DNA of 64,000 bases from an uncultured Candidatus Binatia bacterium (GTDB lineage Bacteria > Desulfobacterota > Binatia > UBA9968 > JAJDTQ01). The stretch covers positions 2,976,001 through 3,040,000 of the forward strand of contig OZ219754.1 of the NCBI GenBank assembly GCA_964291295.2, given 5' to 3'. Shown here piece after piece: positions 57,816 through 64,000 of the stretch (positions are counted from its first letter, which is position 1; the number at the start of each line of letters is the position of its first letter). A model generated the notes under the pieces. That model worked only from the letters and a program-made list of their open reading frames with translations. It had not been told where the DNA came from and made no database searches. Made by a program: the position numbers and the translations under genes.

Positions 57816-59489
57816 CTACTGCCGGGCCGTGAAGAGTTGCTGCCGCCGTACCTTTCCCGGGAAGACATCCCTGCACTCGCCGTCTTCCAGGACGACCTCG
57901 CCGTTGACGACCACGGCGCCGATTCCCGGCGGATGGCGATGGATCTCTTCTTCGTCGAGCTTGGCCGGCATGCGCTTGCTGACGAGGTCATCGATCTTGT
58001 CCGGATCGAAGATCGTCATGTCCGCCGGCAAACCGGTTTTCAGAAGGCCCCGGTTCATCCCCAGCCTGGCCGCGGGATGGCCGGTCACCTTGTGCACCGC
58101 CTCCTCCAGATTGAAGAGCTTCTTCTCGCGCCGCCAGTAACCCAGCACACGGGTGGGCGCGCCATGCCAGAAGAACCGGTCCAGATGCGCGCCGGCGTCG
58201 GTGCCGATGAGCCCTTCGGTAGTCTTGATCATCTCGGCCAGCAGGTCCATGTGGCCGTTGGCGAAGCCCTGGTAGTAAAGCCTGGAGGCCAGCCCGTCGT
58301 CGAGCCACGTGTCGAAGAAGGCGTCCACCTCGGACTTGCCGCTGGCCCCGGCGATCTCCGCGACGCTCTGTCCCTCGCGGGACTTGAGATCCTCCCGCCG
58401 CATCACGTCAAAATACACGCCGCCCCATCCCAGCCATTCGGGATAGGCCGGCTGGCCCGCGTTCTCACGCCGCTGCGCGTCGAGCCGCCGCCGGATGTCG
58501 GGATCCCCGAGCCTGGCCGCGAGCGCGCCCCGGTCGTGCCGGATCTCTTCCCACAGGGGCAGGCCGTCCAGAATGAAGCAGTCTTCGAGATCGAAGCGCC
58601 GGATGTGCGCGTAGGGGATCACCACGCCATAGATGTTCTTGCCCCGCTCCCTGGCCTCCTTCATGAGTTCGATGGCCCGGACGCCGTCGTCCTTCTCGCC
58701 GGGGCGCACCCGGAACTCATTGCCTATCATCGGCACATGGATCTTCTCCACCAGTTCGGGGAACCCGCTCTCCGGCTTCAACAGATTGCCGAAGCCGTTG
58801 AACTGGAAGCAGCCGCCGTACTCTCCGGCGACGTTGGCAAGGACCGCCATCTCTTCCTGGCTGGCCAGGGTGCTGGGAGTGCCGGCGTGGATGGCGGGGC
58901 CGCCGCGCGGGCTGGAGGAGAAGCCGATGCCGCCGGCCTCCATGCCCTCCCGGACCATCTGCTTCATGGTCTCCAGCTCCTCCGGGGTGGACTCCCGCCG
59001 GCAGGCCGCCTCGCCCATGACCGTGAGCCGCACCGGAGAGTGGGGAACCAGGGCGGCCACGTTCACGCCCACCCGGCCCTCGAGCCGGTCGAGGTATTCG
59101 GGAAAGGTGGTCCAATTCCAGTCCTTGTCCTCGACATAGTCGTCGAGAACCCTGCGCAGGTAGTGGATCAGCACCTCCCGCGGCTCTCCCGCGGGCGGCA
59201 CCGGCGCGATGGAGGCGCCGCAGTCACCGATGACGATGGAGGTGACGCCGTAGTTGACCACCGGGTTGCCGTGGGGATACTGCACGATGAAAAGGTCCAT
59301 GTGGGTGTGGGAATCGATGAACCCCGGCGCCACCACCTGGCCGCGGGCATCGAACTCGGTCCGGCCCGGCCCCAGGTTCTTCCCCATCGCCGCAATGACT
59401 CCCCCATCCACCGCCACGTCCGTTTCGAAACCGGGGCTGCCGGTGCCGTCCACCACCAAGCCGTTTTTCACAAGCAGATCATGCGCCAT
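57816..59489 (-). CDS. Amidohydrolase (N-acyl-D-amino-acid deacylase family)
   Basis: VVDGTG, APGFIDSHTHMD, GVTSIVIGDCG, GTDAGAH, EEAVHKVT, ADMTIFDP. Confidence 0.9.
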   Translation of the reverse strand: MAHDLLVKNGLVVDGTGSPGFETDVAVDGGVIAAMGKNLGPGRTEFDARGQVVAPGFIDSHTHMDLFIVQYPHGNPVVNYGVTSIVIGDCGASIAPVPPAGEPREVLIHYLRRVLDDYVEDKDWNWTTFPEYLDRLEGRVGVNVAALVPHSPVRLTVMGEAACRRESTPEELETMKQMVREGMEAGGIGFSSSPRGGPAIHAGTPSTLASQEEMAVLANVAGEYGGCFQFNGFGNLLKPESGFPELVEKIHVPMIGNEFRVRPGEKDDGVRAIELMKEARERGKNIYGVVIPYAHIRRFDLEDCFILDGLPLWEEIRHDRGALAARLGDPDIRRRLDAQRRENAGQPAYPEWLGWGGVYFDVMRREDLKSREGQSVAEIAGASGKSEVDAFFDTWLDDGLASRLYYQGFANGHMDLLAEMIKTTEGLIGTDAGAHLDRFFWHGAPTRVLGYWRREKKLFNLEEAVHKVTGHPAARLGMNRGLLKTGLPADMTIFDPDKIDDLVSKRMPAKLDEEEIHRHPPGIGAVVVNGEVVLEDGECRDVFPGKVRRQQLFTARQ

Positions 59490-59717
59490 GGTTCTCCCTC
59501 CGTGCGGTCGCCCGCAGTCGAAGCTCCTCGCCGCAGTCGAGGTTCGCCGCCGGGATTTGTCGCCGGCTCGCCGCCGAGACTCGCTGTCCGACTGTCATGA
59601 CCGGATTTTCCTAGTTAGACCAAAAGCCCTTGCCGCGTCAAGGAAAGAGCCGCCGCCGAACGGCCTCCCCGCAGCCCGGTGCTGGACGGGTTTGGCGCTT
59701 TGGACTAGAGTCTCCCC

Positions 59718-61394
59718 GTGACCCATCTGTCGACAGACGTGCTGGTGGTGGGCGCGGGCGGCGCCGGCATGTATGCGGCCATCGCCGCGGCCAGAGGGGG
59801 CGCCTCCGTGCTGTTGCTGGACAAGTCCCTGGTGGGCCGCGGCGGCGCCACCATCATGGCGCAGATGACCGTTGCCGCCGCCATCGGCCACGAAGAGCCC
59901 GACCACTGGACCGATCACCTCCGGGACACCCGGGCCGCGGGCCGGGAGCTCTGCGACGAGGGGCTGGCCCGGCTCCTGTGCGAGAACGGCCCCGCCAGGA
60001 TCTTCGAAATGGACGGCTGGGGCGCCCACTGGGCGCGCGGTGACGACCATCGCATCCGCCAGGTGAAAGCGCCGGGACACGGCCGGGCGCGCTGCTGCTA
60101 CGTGGACTTCCTGAATACCGGACCGGGCGTGGCCGGCACCCTGCGGCGGCAGGTGAGCACGCTGAGCCCGGTGCGGCGGCTGAGCAACGTCACGGTCACC
60201 GATATCGTCGTCAGCGGTGGCCGCGCCCGCGGCGCGGTGGGCGTCGACGTGGTGTCCGGCGGCGTGGTCACCTTCGCCGCCAGCGCCGTCATCCTGGCCG
60301 CCGGCGGCCTCACCAAGCTCTACCGCCGCAACAGCGCCTCCACCAACATGGGCGGCGAGGCATACGCCCTCGCCCTGTGGGCCGGGGCCGAACTCATCGA
60401 CATGGAATTCGTCCAGTTCTTTCCCATCGCCCACCTGGCCCCGCGCCTGGTGGGCATGGACCCGATCATGTGGGATCCGTTCCGCTACAAGCTGGGAGGA
60501 CGCCTGCTGAACGGGAACTTCGACGAGTTCATGCACCGCTACGGCGGCCAGGACCGCGGCACCTACACCACCGTGCGCGACCAGGCCTCCTACGCCATCC
60601 TGAAGGAAGTCGAAGCCGGCCGCGGTTCGCCGCACGGGGGCGTCTACCTCGACTTCCGGCACCTGTCCGACCAGACCCTCCGGGGCGCCTTCGGCCCGGT
60701 CATCGACCGCCTGGAGGACAACGGCATCGATCTTACCCGCACGCCCGTGGAGGTGGCGCCCGCCGCACACTACCATATGGGCGGCATTCGCGTGGACGGC
60801 CGCATGGAAACCCGCGTTGCCGGACTCTACGCCGCCGGCGAGGCGGTGGGCGGCGCCAACGGCGCCAACCGGCTTTCCGGCAACGCCATCACGGAGGCGC
60901 TGGTGTTCGGCGAATGCGCCGGGCGGGAGGCGGCCGCGGCCGTGGCCGGCACCTCCATCGGGTGGGATCCGGCGGCTGCCCGCGATGCGGGGGAACGCAT
61001 CCGGAGCGTCCTGGCCGCGCAGACTCCGGGCGGTGCCCCCGCCAACGTGCTGGAACGGAAACTTCAGGATCTCATGTGGGAGAAGGCCGGACCCTTTCGC
61101 ACCGGGGGACAGCTACGGCAGGCCCTCGACGGCATCCACGAACTGCGGAAGACCCCGGTGGCCGTGCCCCCCGCCGAGGGCTTCAATCTCGACCTCCAGG
61201 ACCGGCTGGAACTCCAGGCCATGCTGACCACCGCCGAGGCCGTGGTGCGAAGCGCGCTGGGCCGCACCGAGAGCCGCGGCGCCCACCAGCGCCTGGACTT
61301 TCCCGACAGCGATGCGGCGCTCGTGCGCAACCAGTTCGTCGGCATGACCGGCGATGAAGTCACCGCGCGGTGGCCGGACGCCCCCGGGTCGTGA
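59718..61394 (+). CDS. SdhA/FrdA/NadB-family flavoprotein, non-canonical
   Basis: VGAGGAG, DMEFVQFFP, HYHMGG, GANRLSGNA, RTESRGAH. Confidence 0.88.
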   Translation: MTHLSTDVLVVGAGGAGMYAAIAAARGGASVLLLDKSLVGRGGATIMAQMTVAAAIGHEEPDHWTDHLRDTRAAGRELCDEGLARLLCENGPARIFEMDGWGAHWARGDDHRIRQVKAPGHGRARCCYVDFLNTGPGVAGTLRRQVSTLSPVRRLSNVTVTDIVVSGGRARGAVGVDVVSGGVVTFAASAVILAAGGLTKLYRRNSASTNMGGEAYALALWAGAELIDMEFVQFFPIAHLAPRLVGMDPIMWDPFRYKLGGRLLNGNFDEFMHRYGGQDRGTYTTVRDQASYAILKEVEAGRGSPHGGVYLDFRHLSDQTLRGAFGPVIDRLEDNGIDLTRTPVEVAPAAHYHMGGIRVDGRMETRVAGLYAAGEAVGGANGANRLSGNAITEALVFGECAGREAAAAVAGTSIGWDPAAARDAGERIRSVLAAQTPGGAPANVLERKLQDLMWEKAGPFRTGGQLRQALDGIHELRKTPVAVPPAEGFNLDLQDRLELQAMLTTAEAVVRSALGRTESRGAHQRLDFPDSDAALVRNQFVGMTGDEVTARWPDAPGS

Positions 61395-61417
61395 CGCCAG
61401 TCCCGCGAAAGAATCGC

Positions 61418-61789
61418 ATGACCGCCGACGATACCCGGACAGACAAGGAAATCACCGAATTGCGCGTGTGGCGCGGATGCGCCCCGGAGCAGGGCCGCCA
61501 CGAAGTGTACCGGGTCCCCTGGGACGAGGGCATGTCCGTACTGGATGCGCTGCTGTGGATACGCGCCCATGTGGACTCGAGCCTCGCGTTCCGTTACGGG
61601 TGCATCAACGCCAACGCGTGCAAGACCTGCATGGCGCTGGTGGACGGCCAGGTGGCCTACCTGTGCACGGCACGGCTGGCGCCCGCCGGGGGCCGGGTCG
61701 AGCCGCTGCCCAAACGGCCGCTGATCCGGGATCTGGTGACCGACACGGTGCCCGACGACGAGAAGCTGACGCCGCCCCGGCGGGAATGA
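61418..61789 (+). CDS. SdhB/FrdB N-terminal-like 2Fe-2S protein
   Basis: SVLDALLWI..DSSLAFRYGCINANACKTC..YLC..VEPLP..IRDLV; no 4Fe-4S/3Fe-4S domain. Confidence 0.88.
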   Translation: MTADDTRTDKEITELRVWRGCAPEQGRHEVYRVPWDEGMSVLDALLWIRAHVDSSLAFRYGCINANACKTCMALVDGQVAYLCTARLAPAGGRVEPLPKRPLIRDLVTDTVPDDEKLTPPRRE

Positions 61790-61793
61790 GGAC

Positions 61794-63185
61794 ATGGACG
61801 GCAACGCCTTCGACCTGGTCGTCATCGGCAGCGGCCCGGCCGGCCAGAAGGGCGCCATCGCGGCCGCCAAGATGGGCAAGCGGGTCGCCGTCATCGACCG
61901 CCGCGACATGATCGGCGGCGTGTGCCTGCACGCCGGCACCATTCCCAGCAAGACCCTGCGCCTGGCGGTGCTCTACCTGACCGGTTTTCAGCAGAAGTCC
62001 TTCTATGGCCAGGCCTATTCCCCGACCCCCCAGGTGACCGCGGACGACCTGATGTTCCGGGTCCGCACCGTCATCGATCGGGAGCACGCCACGATCACGG
62101 ATCAGCTCCAACGCAACGGCGTGACCCTGGTGAACGGCTGGGCCCGGTTCGTGGACGCCCACACGCTCCGGACCGACAGCGGCCAACAGGTCCGGGGAGA
62201 CCACATCCTTGTCGCCTGCGGCACGCGCTCCGTGCGCGATCCGGCGATTCCCCACGACGGCCGCAAGATCATGGTGGCCGAGGACTTCGGACGCAACGGC
62301 CAGAAGATCCCCCGGAGCATCATCGTGGTGGGCGCCGGGGTCATCGGCCTCGAGTACGCCTCGATGCTGTCGGCCCTGGGCGTGCGGGTTACCGTCATTG
62401 AACGGCGGGACACCATGCTGGGCTTCGTGGACCGGGAGGTCATCGAGGCGCTCCGGTATCACATGCGCCGACGGGGAGCGATCTTCCGGCTCGGCGAACA
62501 GGTGGTCGGCGTGCGGGTACAGGGAAACGGTCTGGTCCGGGCCGAACTGGAGAGCGGCAAACGTGTCACCGCGGACGCCCTGCTCTACACCGTGGGCCGG
62601 CAGTCCAACGCCGACCAGCTCCATCTCGACCGGATCGGCATCGACACCGATCCACGGGGCCGTATCGCCGTGAACGGGAACTTCCAGACCGCCCGGCCGC
62701 ACATCTACGCGGTGGGAGACTGCATCGGCTTTCCGGCGCTGGCCTCCACTTCCATGGAGCAGGGCCGCCTCGCGAGCACCCACATGTTCGACGGCCCGGC
62801 TCTCGAATCCGCGCCCTTCTTTCCCTACGGCATCTACACCATCCCCGAAATCTCCATGGTGGGCCGAACCGAACAGGAACTGACCGGCGAACGCATCCCC
62901 TACGAGGTGGGCAAGGCCCTCTACGAAGACGTCGCCAAGGCCCAGATGGTGGGCGAACGCGGCGGCATGCTGAAGCTGCTCTTCGATCCCGATACCCTGA
63001 AGCTGCTGAGCGTCCACGCCGTCGGCGAAGACGCCACCGAGATCATTCACATCGGCCACGCCGTGATCGCCCTCGGCGGCACCGTCGAGTACTTCCGGGA
63101 CAACGTCTTCAACTACCCCACCTTCGCCGAAGCCTACAAGGTGGCGGCCTACGACGGCTTCAACAAGATCGCTGCGCTGCGGTAG
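61794..63185 (+). CDS. sthA: Soluble pyridine nucleotide transhydrogenase
   Basis: GSGPAG, GGVCLHAGTIPSK (single Cys), GAGVIGLEYAS, GIYTIPEIS, FNYPTFAEAYKVAA. Confidence 0.92.
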   Translation: MDGNAFDLVVIGSGPAGQKGAIAAAKMGKRVAVIDRRDMIGGVCLHAGTIPSKTLRLAVLYLTGFQQKSFYGQAYSPTPQVTADDLMFRVRTVIDREHATITDQLQRNGVTLVNGWARFVDAHTLRTDSGQQVRGDHILVACGTRSVRDPAIPHDGRKIMVAEDFGRNGQKIPRSIIVVGAGVIGLEYASMLSALGVRVTVIERRDTMLGFVDREVIEALRYHMRRRGAIFRLGEQVVGVRVQGNGLVRAELESGKRVTADALLYTVGRQSNADQLHLDRIGIDTDPRGRIAVNGNFQTARPHIYAVGDCIGFPALASTSMEQGRLASTHMFDGPALESAPFFPYGIYTIPEISMVGRTEQELTGERIPYEVGKALYEDVAKAQMVGERGGMLKLLFDPDTLKLLSVHAVGEDATEIIHIGHAVIALGGTVEYFRDNVFNYPTFAEAYKVAAYDGFNKIAALR

Positions 63186-63192
63186 CGGGCGG

Positions 63193-64000
63193 TCAGGTGA
63201 ACCGCGGGATGACTTCGGTGCCGAAACACTCGAGCTGGTGGGGGATGGCATCCGGGGCGCAGGCGGGGCGGGCGATGAACTTGGAGGCGCCGGCGTCGAT
63301 GAAACGCTGGATCGTGTCACCGATGTCCCGGGCGGTTCCCAGGGCCGAGGTCTCGACGAAATCGATGTCGTTGCGGTTGCGGAGGGCGTGGGGGCGGGCC
63401 GTCCGGGAGGCTTCGGCGGAATCCTCGGCGACACAGAAGTTGAGCAACACGCCGAAATGGTCCTCGTCGATGCGGCGGCCGCAGTCGGCGGCGTATCCCC
63501 GGATGCGGGCGATGGCCACCGCCACCTCGGCCGGAGTCATCTGGGAGCCCAGCCAGCCGTCGGCCAGGCGGGCGGTGCGCCGGAAGGCGGCGCCGCTGCG
63601 GCCACCGATCCAGATGGGCGGGGCGGCCTGCGCGGGCTTCGGGGCGACGGTCACGTCCCGGAACCGGTAGTACTTCCCGTCAGCGTGGACGCCGTTCTCC
63701 GACCACAACGCCCGCAGCAGGTGGACCATCTCCTCGGTGCGGCCGGCCCGCTCGGAGCGGTGGATGCCGCATGCCCGGAGTTCCGTGTCGTCGTCGCGGC
63801 CCAAGCCCACGGCCAGCAGCAGGCGCCCGCCCGAGAGAAAATCCAGGGTGGCGAGCTCCTTGGCCAGCACCGCGGGGTTCCTCAACGGCAAGGCCAGGAC
63901 GCTGGTGCCGAGCTTCATCCTGCGGGTGCGGGCGGCCGCCCACGAAAGGGCCACCACGGGTTCGAGACTCGGAACCTCGGAGACCACCCGGTCACTCAGC
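63193..64000 (-). CDS. LLM-class flavin-dependent oxidoreductase (5' end outside window)
   Basis: KLGTSVLALPLRNPAVLAKELATLDFLSGGRLLLAVGLG, PKPAQ..PPIWIGG..ADGW. Confidence 0.9.
   Translation of the reverse strand, partial: LSDRVVSEVPSLEPVVALSWAAARTRRMKLGTSVLALPLRNPAVLAKELATLDFLSGGRLLLAVGLGRDDDTELRACGIHRSERAGRTEEMVHLLRALWSENGVHADGKYYRFRDVTVAPKPAQAAPPIWIGGRSGAAFRRTARLADGWLGSQMTPAEVAVAIARIRGYAADCGRRIDEDHFGVLLNFCVAEDSAEASRTARPHALRNRNDIDFVETSALGTARDIGDTIQRFIDAGASKFIARPACAPDAIPHQLECFGTEVIPRFT

Noticed and set aside
59718-61789. Respiratory succinate dehydrogenase sdhAB
   Set aside because: Missing catalytic and FAD-linking His, the second Fe-S domain and membrane anchors
1-64000. CRISPR array, rRNA or tRNA (including selC)
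   Set aside because: No regularly spaced repeat-spacer series or recognisable structural RNA seen by eye; a covariance-model search would be needed to exclude small RNAs

Overview
High-GC bacterial chromosomal window. The gene repertoire (several LLM oxidoreductases, TctC/TctA transporters, UbiD, AAA/DUF4143 ATPases, an S8 lipoprotein protease) resembles, by inference only, uncultured Binatia/deltaproteobacterial symbiont MAGs. Positions 1-13.7 kb form a partly decayed defence/accessory island. It holds a TM0106-type RecB-like nuclease (cut by the window edge) preceded by an unannotated 49-aa basic peptide, both divergent from a CapW/BrxR-like WYL regulator across a perfect TGTCAATA-N5-TATTGACA palindrome. 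It also holds an AAA-PD-(D/E)XK protein, higBA with a lost higB stop, an IS1634 remnant, an S8 protease pseudogene, a DUF262-DUF1524 protein, an mrr pseudogene cut by a MITE, and an AAA_14/DUF4143 ATPase. The rest is metabolic and transport genes. Two genes missed or split by the ORF track read as selenoproteins with SECIS-like hairpins sharing an AGU-starting 5-nt loop: a UxxC glutaredoxin (25778-26011, minus) and an OsmC/Ohr-like protein (30196-30780, plus). Other notable units are a soluble SdhA-like/2Fe-2S/SthA operon, a CADD-like diiron enzyme linked to an amidohydrolase, a pseudo-receiver protein and an IS5-type MITE. No rRNA, tRNA or CRISPR array was recognised. All family calls come from motif recognition by eye, not database searches.
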